Counted from the first letter of the stretch, positions 9,384 to 19,376 are shown. The stretch: DNA of 64,000 nucleotides from Candidatus Saccharimonadota bacterium (GCA_905372095.1 CAJPNK010000001.1:219521-283520), one strand, 5' to 3'. Made by a program: numbers and translations. The notes: a model not told the origin generated them from the letters alone.

Positions 9384-11024
9384 ATGGCAAAAAAAGTTTT
9401 TTACGATGAAGATGCGCGTGCTCGCGTATTGGCTGGCGCAAAAATTTTGTATAACGCTGTGAAAACAACGATGGGGCCAAAAGGCCGCAACGTAGTTATC
9501 GGCAAAAGTTACGGCGGCCCGAGCGTGACGCACGATGGTGTGACAGTTGCGAAAAGTATTGATATCGACGAAGCTGATGACGAGACGATTGGCTTCAAAG
9601 TTGGCGCTGAGCTCATCAAACAGGCTGCTAACAAGATGAATGATGTAGCTGGCGACGGCACTACGACAGTGACGGTTTTAACTTATCATATTTTAAACGA
9701 AGCTAATAAGCTAATTGCAGCTGGCCACAATCCGATGTTACTACGCAAAGGTTTAGAACGTGCTGCTAGCGAGATTATCAAGGAGCTCAGTAAACTCGCC
9801 GACGATATTCGCGGCGACAAAAAACGTATCGCTGAAGTGGCGACAATCTCCGCAGGCGATGAGGCGATTGGCAAACTGATTGCTGACGTCATGGAAAAGA
9901 TTGGCCCGAACGGCGTGGTGACCGTCGAAGAAGGCCGCGGCTTAGAGCTCGAAAGCGAAGTAGTCGAAGGCTTCACGGTACAACGCGGCTTCGTCAGCCC
10001 GTACATGGTGACCGATGCTAAGCGTATGGAAGCAGTTTACGATAAACCAGCAATTGTAGTGACCGATAAGAAAGTCTCTTCGGCGCAAGAATTCGTGCCG
10101 TTACTCGAAATGATTGCTCAAACTGGTAAGAAAGATTTGGTGCTGATCGCCGACGATGTTGATGGCGAAGCGCTGAGCTTGTTGGTGCTAAATCGGCTTA
10201 AAGGTGCTTTCAATACCTTGGCTATCAAAGCTCCGAGCGACAAAGATGTGCTGTATGATATCGCAGCGTTGGTTGGCGCCAAAGTTATCACCGAAGACAC
10301 TGGCATGACATTTGATAATGTCGGTAGCGACGTAATTGGCTCGGCCCGCAAAGTGATCGCCACCAAGGATCTGGCAACTATTGTCGAGGGTGAAGGGTCA
10401 AAGGCGGCGGTTAGTGCTCGCGTCGATCAAATCGAACTGGAAGTTGATAATGCTACCAGCGACTATACCAAGAAGAATTTGCAAAAACGCCATGCAGCTT
10501 TGACTGGCGAAGTGGCGGTGATTAAAGTTGGCGGTGCGACCGAGACTGAAATCGAAGAAAAGAAATATCGTGTCGATGACGCTGTGGCTGCTGTCAAAGC
10601 AGCGCTGGCTGAAGGTATTGTGCCAGGCGGCGGTGTAACGCTAGTGAATCTAGCCTGTAGTTATAAGCATTCGAATAGCAAAGATGCTTCGGTATTAGCG
10701 GGCGAAGATTTGCTGATTCACGCACTTGAACAGCCATTCCGAATCTTGCTGAGCAACTCTGGTCTAAATGCCGACGAGTGGCTGCCGCAGGTCAAAAAAG
10801 CCAAAGCTGGCCAAGGTATCAATGTCAACCACCCGAATGAATTGCTTGATCTAAAGTCGGCAGGCGTAGTTGACCCAGTACGCGTTACCAAGGAGGCCTT
10901 GCAGAATGCTGCCTCAATTGCTGGTACGGCGATGACAATGGGCGCATTGGTTGTTGATCTGCCAGAGAAAGAAACGCCAGGTGCTGCTATGCCAAATATG
11001 GGCGGCGGCATGGGTATGTACTAA
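9384..11024 (+). CDS. groEL: Chaperonin GroEL
   Basis: GPKGRNV, AGDGTTT, GIVPGGG, GGM tail. Confidence 0.97.
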   Translation: MAKKVFYDEDARARVLAGAKILYNAVKTTMGPKGRNVVIGKSYGGPSVTHDGVTVAKSIDIDEADDETIGFKVGAELIKQAANKMNDVAGDGTTTVTVLTYHILNEANKLIAAGHNPMLLRKGLERAASEIIKELSKLADDIRGDKKRIAEVATISAGDEAIGKLIADVMEKIGPNGVVTVEEGRGLELESEVVEGFTVQRGFVSPYMVTDAKRMEAVYDKPAIVVTDKKVSSAQEFVPLLEMIAQTGKKDLVLIADDVDGEALSLLVLNRLKGAFNTLAIKAPSDKDVLYDIAALVGAKVITEDTGMTFDNVGSDVIGSARKVIATKDLATIVEGEGSKAAVSARVDQIELEVDNATSDYTKKNLQKRHAALTGEVAVIKVGGATETEIEEKKYRVDDAVAAVKAALAEGIVPGGGVTLVNLACSYKHSNSKDASVLAGEDLLIHALEQPFRILLSNSGLNADEWLPQVKKAKAGQGINVNHPNELLDLKSAGVVDPVRVTKEALQNAASIAGTAMTMGALVVDLPEKETPGAAMPNMGGGMGMY

Positions 11025-11051
11025 ACCTGTTCGTTGTATACCAGACAGCGT

Positions 11052-11081
11052 AGAGCCCACCGTTATGCGGTGGGCTTTCTT
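11052..11081 (+). terminator. Intrinsic terminator after groEL
   Basis: AGAGCCCACCG-TTATG-CGGTGGGCTTT. Confidence 0.85.
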
Positions 11082-11088
11082 GACAAAC

Positions 11089-11117
11089 TTGACAAAGAGC
11101 AATTTATAACCTAGAAT
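11089..11117 (+). promoter_or_regulatory. sigma70 promoter of ABC exporter pair
   Basis: TTGACA-N17-TAGAAT. Confidence 0.7.
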
Positions 11118-11183
11118 ATTGCACAGTGTAAATTTACCGATTATACACGGTTAATCTCTAGAATTGCGGCAGTAAGGGGGTCT

Positions 11184-12947
11184 GTGAAACATATATTGAG
11201 GATTTTTAGCGGTTACTGGCTGATGTTCATCATCTTGGTTGGCTTTACCTACGCCATGGTGATGGCGAATTTGTGGCTGCCTGATAAGATGTCGGAAATT
11301 GTCAATAACGGCATCATCAAGCAAGACATGCCCGCCATTTGGCACAACGGACTAGCGATGATTTTGGTGACGGCGGCGGGCGGATTGTGCTCGATCGTCA
11401 TCGGATTTTTAGCCTCCCGGATTGCCACTGGTATGGCGCAAAAATTGCGAATGGAACTATTCGAGCGAGTCGAGAGTTTTGCGCTGGCGGACTTTAATAA
11501 ATTTTCGACTGCCTCGCTGATCACCCGCTCAACCAACGATATTCAGCAAATTCAGATGACGTCAATCCTGCTGCTGCGCCTGGCATTGATGGCACCAATC
11601 ATGGCAATTGGCGGTCTGCAAAAAGCCATTCATAACGCACCAAATTTGAGCTGGATCATTGCACTGGCAGTGTCGGTGTTGCTGGTCGTCATTGCCGTAC
11701 TGTTCGTCATTGCCGTGCCGCGGTTTAAGAAATTGCAAACGCTGGTGGATAAACTCAATTTGGTGACGCGCGAAAATCTGGTCGGCTTAAAAGTTATTCG
11801 CGCCTTTCACAACGAAAAAATTGAGCAGAAAAAATTCCAGCAAGCCAACGCTGAGCTAAACAAAATGAACTTATTTGTCAATCGGCTGATGATGCTGCTT
11901 GACCCAATCATGACGCTGGTGATGAACTTTTCTAGCGTGGCGATTATCTGGTTCGGCGCGCATTTGATCAGTAGCGGCAATCTACAAATTGGTAATATGA
12001 TGGCGTTTTTGGAGTACGCCATGCAGGTCATCATTTCGTTCCTACTGCTGTCGATGGTGTTTATCATGGTGCCGCGAGCGGACGTGTCGGTAAAGCGGGT
12101 GGGCGAGGTGCTCGACACGCTGCCGTCAATCGTTGATCCGCCGTCGCCGCAGCAATTGCCGCATGACGCTACGGGTAAAATCGAATTTAAAGACGTGACT
12201 TTTACCTATCCAGACGCCGACCTTCCGGTACTTTCCAATATCAATTTCACGGCCGAACCAGGGCAAACCACAGCGTTCATTGGCAGTACTGGGTCTGGTA
12301 AATCGACGTTGATCAATTTGATTCCGCGCTTTTACGATGTGTCGGCGGGGCAGATTTTGCTGGACGGCGTGGATATTCGCCAACTCAAACTAGAGGAATT
12401 GTACGATCAAATCGGCTACGTACCGCAAAAGGGTGTGTTGTTTAGCGGGACGATTGCCAGCAATATCAAGTATGGCAATGCCAAAGCCAGCCAAAAATTG
12501 GTTGAAAAATCCGCTAAAATCGCTCAAGCCGCCGAGTTCGTCAGCGAGCTAAAAAACGGTTACAAAAATGATATTGCTCAAGGCGGCAGCAATGTTTCCG
12601 GCGGCCAGCGGCAGCGTTTGTCGATTGCCCGGGCGATTGCTGTCGAGCCGAATGTCTACATTTTTGACGATTCGTTCTCGGCGCTGGATTTCAAAACTGA
12701 CGCCAAATTACGCTCGGCGCTTGCCAAAGAAACCAAACATAAAACCGTGCTCATCGTCGGTCAGCGCATCAATACCATCATGAACGCTGACAAAATCATT
12801 GTGCTGGACGAAGGTAAAATTGTTGGTCAGGGCACGCACCAGGAATTGATGAAAAATTGCGAAGTCTATCAAGAAATTGCTGCCTCCCAGCTCTCAGAAG
12901 ATGACCTGCAGAAAATGTCGGCGACGACTGCGAAAGGAGCGGCATGA
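11184..12947 (+). CDS. Heterodimeric ABC exporter subunit A (EfrA/TM287-like)
   Basis: 6-TM domain plus NBD with GSTGSGKST and degenerate FDDSFSALD. Confidence 0.93.
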   Translation: MKHILRIFSGYWLMFIILVGFTYAMVMANLWLPDKMSEIVNNGIIKQDMPAIWHNGLAMILVTAAGGLCSIVIGFLASRIATGMAQKLRMELFERVESFALADFNKFSTASLITRSTNDIQQIQMTSILLLRLALMAPIMAIGGLQKAIHNAPNLSWIIALAVSVLLVVIAVLFVIAVPRFKKLQTLVDKLNLVTRENLVGLKVIRAFHNEKIEQKKFQQANAELNKMNLFVNRLMMLLDPIMTLVMNFSSVAIIWFGAHLISSGNLQIGNMMAFLEYAMQVIISFLLLSMVFIMVPRADVSVKRVGEVLDTLPSIVDPPSPQQLPHDATGKIEFKDVTFTYPDADLPVLSNINFTAEPGQTTAFIGSTGSGKSTLINLIPRFYDVSAGQILLDGVDIRQLKLEELYDQIGYVPQKGVLFSGTIASNIKYGNAKASQKLVEKSAKIAQAAEFVSELKNGYKNDIAQGGSNVSGGQRQRLSIARAIAVEPNVYIFDDSFSALDFKTDAKLRSALAKETKHKTVLIVGQRINTIMNADKIIVLDEGKIVGQGTHQELMKNCEVYQEIAASQLSEDDLQKMSATTAKGAA

Positions 12948-14944
12948 TGGCTCAGCAAAGCATGAAAAAACGCCAGCCAATGAAGATGGGCGGTCCAATG
13001 GGCGGTGGTATGGGCGCGGGCGAAAAAGCCAAAGATTTCAAAGGCACGGTCAAGAAGTTAGCCAAATATTTGGCAGAGTTTCGCTGGCAAATGCTCATGG
13101 TGGCGATTTTCGCGGTCGGTAGTACGACGTTTGCGATTGTCAGTCCGAAGATTTTGGGTGGCGCTACCAACCAAATTGTCGAAGATTATGTCAGTATGAA
13201 GGCTTACGAAACCATCACCAGTAAGCTGCCAAATGGTGCTTCGTTGCCAGCTGGCACGACCGGTGCTGATGTTCTGAAGCGGCTACCGAACAAGTCGGAA
13301 ATTGAAAGTCAAATTCCGTCGAGCCAGCTCGATACGATCAAAAAACTTGACCTCAGCCAGCGTCCGGAATTTCATTTTGATGCCATTTGGCGGATTGTGC
13401 TATTGCTGGCTGGTTTGTATGTGCTCAGTGCCATTTTCCGCTACATCCAAACCTGGCTGATGACCCAAGTGACGCAGACGGTTACTTTCAGGATGCGCCG
13501 GCAATTATCCGAAAAAATTAACCGTTTGCCGCTGAGTTATTTTGACAAGCAAACCTACGGCGAGGTGCTCAGCCGTGTCACCAACGATGTCGATACCATC
13601 AGTCAGACGCTCAATCAAAGCCTGTCGCAGGTCGTGTCTTCGACAGTGATGGTCCTGGGAATTTTGATGATGATGTTTTCCATCAGCTGGCAAATGTCGC
13701 TGGTGGCGCTGCTGGTGCTGCCGTTGGCTGGCGGCGTAATCACGCTGATCGCCAAAAGCTCGCAAAAGCAATTCCTCCGTCAGCAAACACAGTTGGGTGA
13801 ATTGAACGGCCACATCGAAGAAATGTACGGCGGCCATCAGGTGATGCGCGTGTTCAACGGCCAGAAAAAGTCGCTGGCTAAGTTTTCGCGGGTGAACGAT
13901 CAATTGCAGGAAAGCGCCTGGAAAGCTCAATTTTTGTCGGGGCTGATTTATCCGATCATGAATTTCATCGGCAATATCGGTTACGTCGTGATGGCGATTT
14001 TGGGCGGTTGGCTGGCGATTAACGGCCGGCTGAAAATCGGTGACATCCAAGCCTTCATTCAATACATCGACCAGTTCAACCAGCCGCTGGTGCAGGTCGC
14101 CAACATCGCCAACATCTTGCAATCAACAGCGGCGGCGGCCGAGCGCGTGTTTGAATTTTTGGACGAGCCAGAAGAACAGGCGGAAGGTAAGGATTTGGTA
14201 AAATTGGCGAACGTCAAGGGCGAAGTCGAATTTGACAATGTGGTCTTTGGCTACAAGCCTGATCAAACCATCATCAAGGGTCTGTCGGCGCACATCAAGC
14301 CAGGTCAGCGCGTGGCGATCGTCGGTCCAACGGGCGCGGGCAAAACCACCTTGGTCAATTTACTGATGCGATTTTACGAAATTAACAGCGGCGCGATCAA
14401 AATCGACGGCGTCAATATAGCCCAGATGAAGCGCAGCGACGTGCGGCAAATGTTTGGCATGGTGTTGCAGGACACTTGGTTGTTTAACGGCACGATTCGC
14501 CAAAATTTGCTCTATGGCAATCCAACAGCCAGTGAAGAAGAGATGGTTGCTACCGCCAAGGAGGCGCATGTTGACCATTTCGTGCGGTCGCTGCCGGGCG
14601 GCTACGATATGGTACTGGGCGAGGAAGCTGCGAACATTTCACAGGGCGAAAAGCAGCTGCTGACGATTGCCCGGGCAATGCTGGCGCGCACGCCAATGCT
14701 GATTTTGGACGAAGCGACCAGTTCGGTCGACACCCGCACTGAAGTGCTCATCCAAAAAGCCATGGACAAGTTGATGCAGGGCAAGACCAGCTTCGTCATC
14801 GCTCATCGCCTGAGTACCATTCGCGACGCCGATCTAATCTTGGTCGTTCGCGACGGTAATATCATTGAGCAAGGCAAGCATGACGAACTGCTGAAGCAGG
14901 GCGGCTTTTATGCTGAGCTGTATAATAGCCAGTTTGCTGAGTGA
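12944..14944 (+). CDS. Heterodimeric ABC exporter subunit B (EfrB/TM288-like)
   Basis: GPTGAGKTT, ISQGEKQ, LDEATSSVD. Confidence 0.93.
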   Translation: MMAQQSMKKRQPMKMGGPMGGGMGAGEKAKDFKGTVKKLAKYLAEFRWQMLMVAIFAVGSTTFAIVSPKILGGATNQIVEDYVSMKAYETITSKLPNGASLPAGTTGADVLKRLPNKSEIESQIPSSQLDTIKKLDLSQRPEFHFDAIWRIVLLLAGLYVLSAIFRYIQTWLMTQVTQTVTFRMRRQLSEKINRLPLSYFDKQTYGEVLSRVTNDVDTISQTLNQSLSQVVSSTVMVLGILMMMFSISWQMSLVALLVLPLAGGVITLIAKSSQKQFLRQQTQLGELNGHIEEMYGGHQVMRVFNGQKKSLAKFSRVNDQLQESAWKAQFLSGLIYPIMNFIGNIGYVVMAILGGWLAINGRLKIGDIQAFIQYIDQFNQPLVQVANIANILQSTAAAAERVFEFLDEPEEQAEGKDLVKLANVKGEVEFDNVVFGYKPDQTIIKGLSAHIKPGQRVAIVGPTGAGKTTLVNLLMRFYEINSGAIKIDGVNIAQMKRSDVRQMFGMVLQDTWLFNGTIRQNLLYGNPTASEEEMVATAKEAHVDHFVRSLPGGYDMVLGEEAANISQGEKQLLTIARAMLARTPMLILDEATSSVDTRTEVLIQKAMDKLMQGKTSFVIAHRLSTIRDADLILVVRDGNIIEQGKHDELLKQGGFYAELYNSQFAE

Positions 14945-15015
14945 TTGCTGAATATTAATTGGGTTTAGCTCTCAGGCCTACAAAGGTACAATATGTATAG
15001 ATAATAGGATTGTAT

Positions 15016-16281
15016 ATGTCAAGAGAATACGTCAATAATCACTATGTACCACAGTGGTATCAAAAACGATTTATTCCTCATGGGCAGACTGATAACGAGC
15101 TATTCTATCGCAATTTAAAGCCCACGCCATTTATCGATTCGCAAGGAGTATCTCGTCCATCACGAGCCGTCAAAAAACAGGGGACTCGTCTCTGTTTTAA
15201 GGAGGACGATTTGTATGCGAGATGGTTTAATGGAGTTAAGTATACCGATATTGAACAAATATTTTTTGGAAATATTGATAATTATGGCAGGAAGGCTGTC
15301 GATTTCTTTGCTAAATATGATCATCAAAATCCTAACTGGGATGGCAAAATGTTTAGGGCTTTGATGTTGTATATGAGTACACAAAAATTAAGAACTCCAA
15401 AAGGTCTCGGCTGGTTAGCAGGGCAGGTAGGGTCAGATGATAGGAATACCGTATTAAGGCATATGATACAACTTCGGCAACTTTATGGTTCAATCTGGAC
15501 GGAGTGTGTTTGGCAAATTGCTAATGCAGGTCAATCAGATACTAAGTTCATAGTCTCCGATCATCCTGTCACGGTGTATAATCGTTTTCTTGGTCCAAGA
15601 AATAGACAGTGTCGTGGTTTTAACGATCCAGATATAACTCTTCATGCTAGCCACACTTTATTTCCGCTCTCTCTTGATAAAGTCCTAATACTAACTAATT
15701 TATCTTGGGTACGTAATCCGTATCAATCTGGTATTGATCGACGACCTAATCCAAATCCTTTACGACCAGCGATATTTAAGTATCTTGATATTCAAACACA
15801 TCGAAACCTTAGTGAAAGGGAAGTTTGTGAAATAAACTTTATAATTAAAAGTCGCGCTTTTCAGTATATTGCTGCTGGCAGGAAGGAGTGGTTGTATCCC
15901 GAAAAGCTTGTATCAAAATCTAACTGGAATAAGTATGGTAATGGATTCTTACTCATGCCAGATCCTCGCGGCGTTAATTATAAATCAGAGATTATAATTG
16001 GTTTTAAAGATAACACCTATGATGCGTTTGATGAGTATGGTCGTAAACCCTGGGAACAGGGTTACAGTGGACATAATAGATCTGTGGGGGATGACTTTGC
16101 TACTTTTCAACGGTTTAAGGGAGATTTTGCGTACTTGTTTGGACCGAAACGTCGCGGGCGAGCAGCAGGTTTTAGCGGGGACTTGGATAATGAAGAAGAC
16201 AGTGCTGAGTATCATAGTTTCCATCTGAGAAATGCTAGTAAAAAATATCAGAGAAAAATGAAAGCTACAACAAGACCCTGA
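15016..16281 (+). CDS. DUF4238-family protein
   Basis: N-terminal NHYVPQWYQKRF and internal FIVSDHPV...FPLS motifs typical of DUF4238; visibly more AT-rich than flanks. Confidence 0.72.
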   Translation: MSREYVNNHYVPQWYQKRFIPHGQTDNELFYRNLKPTPFIDSQGVSRPSRAVKKQGTRLCFKEDDLYARWFNGVKYTDIEQIFFGNIDNYGRKAVDFFAKYDHQNPNWDGKMFRALMLYMSTQKLRTPKGLGWLAGQVGSDDRNTVLRHMIQLRQLYGSIWTECVWQIANAGQSDTKFIVSDHPVTVYNRFLGPRNRQCRGFNDPDITLHASHTLFPLSLDKVLILTNLSWVRNPYQSGIDRRPNPNPLRPAIFKYLDIQTHRNLSEREVCEINFIIKSRAFQYIAAGRKEWLYPEKLVSKSNWNKYGNGFLLMPDPRGVNYKSEIIIGFKDNTYDAFDEYGRKPWEQGYSGHNRSVGDDFATFQRFKGDFAYLFGPKRRGRAAGFSGDLDNEEDSAEYHSFHLRNASKKYQRKMKATTRP

Positions 16282-16303
16282 AATTATCTCTAGAACAATT
16301 AAA

Positions 16304-16768
16304 TCACAATTCCCGCCGCAAAATATCCAACACACCAAACTTTCCAGTTAGCACGGCTTGGTCGATGATGTGCGATGTGAGGGCAGCGATGAGTTCTTTG
16401 GGCCTGGTGCTGTCTGGCAAATTTAACGTCGTATCCAGCGCGTACACGTAAAATTGATAGCGGTGCGTGCCAAACGGCGGCTGCGGCCCGCCCCAGCCAG
16501 GACGACCCCAATTAGTAATCCCCTCGACGGCGTCCGTGGGCAGTGATTCGCCAGTTATTTTAGTGGTTTTGGCCGGCACATTCCAAACCGTCCAATGATA
16601 AAATCCATCGTGCCCAGGCGCGTCAGGGTCGTGGCAGACGATTGCCAGACTTTTAGTATCTGCTGGCACGTCGCTGATCTCGAGTGGCGGGCGTTGATTA
16701 CCGCCGAGCTTGGAGTAAATCTTTGGTATTTTAGCGTTTTCGGCGAACGCAGAGCTGGATATCTTCAT
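16304..16768 (-). CDS. YbhB/YbcL family (PEBP, Raf kinase inhibitor-like) protein
   Basis: DPDAP, HW, GPQPPFGTHRYQFYVYALD. Confidence 0.92.
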   Translation of the reverse strand: MKISSSAFAENAKIPKIYSKLGGNQRPPLEISDVPADTKSLAIVCHDPDAPGHDGFYHWTVWNVPAKTTKITGESLPTDAVEGITNWGRPGWGGPQPPFGTHRYQFYVYALDTTLNLPDSTRPKELIAALTSHIIDQAVLTGKFGVLDILRREL

Positions 16769-16935
16769 AATTTAATTTTACCATGCCAGTGTTGTCAGGT
16801 ATGAGGCGCGGTAAAATACGAAACCTTAAACACAGTAACTTACTGAAGCAAAACAGTTTTCGATCGGATTTTATCAATAGCTGGTTTACCGAACAACCTC
16901 TGGAGAGCCACCGGGCTGTATGCTAAAATAAACAT

Positions 16936-17088
16936 GTGAGATATGCTTTTGTTTTCGTGAGTATAGTGGCGATTTGGCTGGCTATGCTGCTGTTGGTAAA
17001 TACGAGCATTGATCCATTATTTTTGTACATTTGCGTGTTAGTTTTGACGTTGGTGTTGTACTTCATTGGGTTCCGGAGGGCGAGGTAA
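16936..17088 (+). CDS. Small 2-TM membrane protein, 50 aa (not in ORF track)
   Basis: GTG start 6 nt after TGn-TAAAAT; MRYAFVFVSIVAIWLAMLLLVNTSIDPLFLYICVLVLTLVLYFIGFRRAR; TAA abuts next GTG. Confidence 0.7.
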   Translation: MRYAFVFVSIVAIWLAMLLLVNTSIDPLFLYICVLVLTLVLYFIGFRRAR

Positions 17089-18540
17089 GTGCGCGTATTG
17101 ATTGTGGTTCGGGCATTGTTTCGGGTGTGGCGAGCTTGGCGCAGCGATCAAGTATGGCTCAAAGTTTTATCAGACGAGTGTCAAAGATTAGGTGGCGTGT
17201 ATGTCAAGTTTTTACAGCATTTGGCATCGACTGAACTGATGGCTCAGGTGTATGCCGCGTCTGGATATCGGCTGGATGCTTTTGATGATGTGGCGGTTGA
17301 GCCGATTGACGTTAGTGAGGTTTTGCGGCAAGAATTGGGTAGCAAAGCCAGCCAAATAATCGTTGATGGAGACCAGCCGTTTGCTACGGGTTCATTCGCT
17401 CAGGTCTATCGTTGCCGCATAGCTGACCGGCCAGGTAACCAGTATATTATCAAAATTCTTCGCCCCAGCGTGGTGCGTTATCTGAATTTTGACTTTGTGG
17501 CGCTGCGTTTTTGCTGTTGGGCGGGGCAGTTTATGCTAAAGAATGATATTTTTCCGTTGGTTGAGATTGCTGATGAGTTTATCAAAACGACCAAGCGTGA
17601 AACCGATTATCAGCGCGAGCTAATTACAGCTCAGGCGATTCGTGAATATTTTGCCAAGCGTACCGACAACGTTGTCGTGCCAGAGACGCTGGCTGATTAC
17701 TCAACGCGGCGGATATTGGTTCAGGACTATATAGACGGGTTGCCGCTAACTGAAGTGGTGGAACAGGCGCAAGCAGGAGGTGATACTTACCGGTTTGTCA
17801 AAGACCAACTTGGCTCTGACATGCAGCAGCAATTAGTGACGGTCGGCAGTGAGTTTTTGATCGCAATTTTACAAGCAGATATCATTATGGCCGATCCGCA
17901 TCCAGGTAATATTTATTTGCTGAGAGACAATAAAGTTGCGTTGATCGACTTTGGTTTGGCGGTGGCAGCACCGCGGCATCGCGCCTCGTTTTATCATATG
18001 ATCGTGCAGTATCGAGCGCTGTATGAAGATCGAGCTGACATGGGTTTATTGGCACTGGCGATGTTGGCGTTTTATGATCATACGCTGTATCAAGCGCTGG
18101 ATGTGATCGCCAAAGATCGCAGCTTGACACGCACTATTTATGAATATGCGAACACGCTGCTTCAATCGACAACCAGCACGTTCGCTGCCAATCGGCAAAT
18201 AACCCAATTATTTCTCAATGAAATTAACGCTGGCAATCGGTTTGCTGTCAGGCTAGACAGCGTTGATATCATGTTGCAGCGCGGTTTGTACCATTATTTA
18301 GCAGCAGCTAGGTTGGCGTGCGGTGATGAATATCGAAGGACGCATTATTGGCGGATTGTCCATGACGCCCTGGAATTGGCCGAGGTTCACGCTAATATCT
18401 ATGGAATCAGTGAGGCGGTGCGTTCGTCGCCGATGAGTATTGAACTAGCGCAAGAAATAGTGATGGATTGGATGAGCAAGGTTGCGGAGCGCGACAGAGC
18501 CGCCTACGCCATGTTGTTACAAAAAGGAGAATTATCATGA
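17089..18540 (+). CDS. AarF/UbiB/ABC1 family atypical kinase
   Basis: LGGVYVKFLQ, ATGSFAQVY, IKILRP, ETDYQRE, ADPHPGN, IDFG. Confidence 0.88.
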   Translation: MRVLIVVRALFRVWRAWRSDQVWLKVLSDECQRLGGVYVKFLQHLASTELMAQVYAASGYRLDAFDDVAVEPIDVSEVLRQELGSKASQIIVDGDQPFATGSFAQVYRCRIADRPGNQYIIKILRPSVVRYLNFDFVALRFCCWAGQFMLKNDIFPLVEIADEFIKTTKRETDYQRELITAQAIREYFAKRTDNVVVPETLADYSTRRILVQDYIDGLPLTEVVEQAQAGGDTYRFVKDQLGSDMQQQLVTVGSEFLIAILQADIIMADPHPGNIYLLRDNKVALIDFGLAVAAPRHRASFYHMIVQYRALYEDRADMGLLALAMLAFYDHTLYQALDVIAKDRSLTRTIYEYANTLLQSTTSTFAANRQITQLFLNEINAGNRFAVRLDSVDIMLQRGLYHYLAAARLACGDEYRRTHYWRIVHDALELAEVHANIYGISEAVRSSPMSIELAQEIVMDWMSKVAERDRAAYAMLLQKGELS

Positions 18541-18725
18541 AGCAATTACAACAATGGGTGATGCAAGTTCGCTATCCGTATGCCGCGGGAATCATCGCCG
18601 TGATGTGGATTGGCACGGCAATTTTTGCTTACCTGAAACCCGACGTCCCGCTTGAATTTTTGGTCGGAAGCCTTGCTGTCAGCACTATTATCATTGCGAT
18701 CACTGGACTGTCGGAGGCTCGTTAA
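18537..18725 (+). CDS. Small 2-TM membrane protein, 62 aa
   Basis: AAGGAG SD, ATGA overlap with kinase stop; two hydrophobic segments. Confidence 0.75.
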   Translation: MKQLQQWVMQVRYPYAAGIIAVMWIGTAIFAYLKPDVPLEFLVGSLAVSTIIIAITGLSEAR

Positions 18726-18733
18726 AGTTCATA

Positions 18734-19354
18734 ATGATCACCGACCAACTCCTCGCCAAATATTCCATCATTTCCGAGCAAGTTGATGCCAAAGAACTCG
18801 GCGTCTTGCTGCGAGAATTGGAAAAGGTGCTGCGAAGCGGCGTGACTGGCAACATTGTGGAATTTGGCTGTTATGTCGGCACGACGAGTTTGTTTATTCG
18901 ACGGCTGCTGGACGCCTATAAATTTACCGGTGAATTTCATGTTTACGATTCGTTTATGGGCTTGCCAGAAAAGACTCAGCTAGACGCCAGCGCTGCGGGT
19001 GAGCAGTTCAAAGCCGGCGAGCTGCTCGCGCCACGCAAAACCTTCATTCAGAATTTCAAAAAGGCTGACTTGAAAATACCAACTATTCACAAGGGCTGGT
19101 TTGCTGATTCCACTCCTGAGGACGTGCCGGAAAGTATCATCTTTGCGTTTTTTGACGGTGATTTTTATGAGTCAATTGCCGATTCATTTCGTGTGTGCGG
19201 CGGCAAGTTTCATAGAAAGGCAACCATCATCGTCGATGACTATGCCAATGAAGCTTTGCCAGGCGCCGCGCGAGCGGTTGATAAGTGGCTGGCGAATAAT
19301 CGTCAATATACGTCGAGAACGGAGTCTAGTCTGGCAATTATTCACATCCTTTAG
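18734..19354 (+). CDS. TylF/MycF/NovP family O-methyltransferase
   Basis: IVEFGCYVG, YDSFMGLPE, KGWFADS, DGDFYES, VDDY. Confidence 0.88.
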   Translation: MITDQLLAKYSIISEQVDAKELGVLLRELEKVLRSGVTGNIVEFGCYVGTTSLFIRRLLDAYKFTGEFHVYDSFMGLPEKTQLDASAAGEQFKAGELLAPRKTFIQNFKKADLKIPTIHKGWFADSTPEDVPESIIFAFFDGDFYESIADSFRVCGGKFHRKATIIVDDYANEALPGAARAVDKWLANNRQYTSRTESSLAIIHIL

Positions 19355-19376
19355 TACTGTTTTTTCCTAAAGTAGC

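Noticed and set aside
13505..14122. Long antisense ORFs (here, 19813-20337, 22150-22683, 30519-31310 and others)
   Set aside because: Shadow frames of well-supported genes with no motifs of their own
16800..16920. Spacer between divergent genes as possible gene remnant or sRNA
   Set aside because: Only short frames and no convincing stem found by eye
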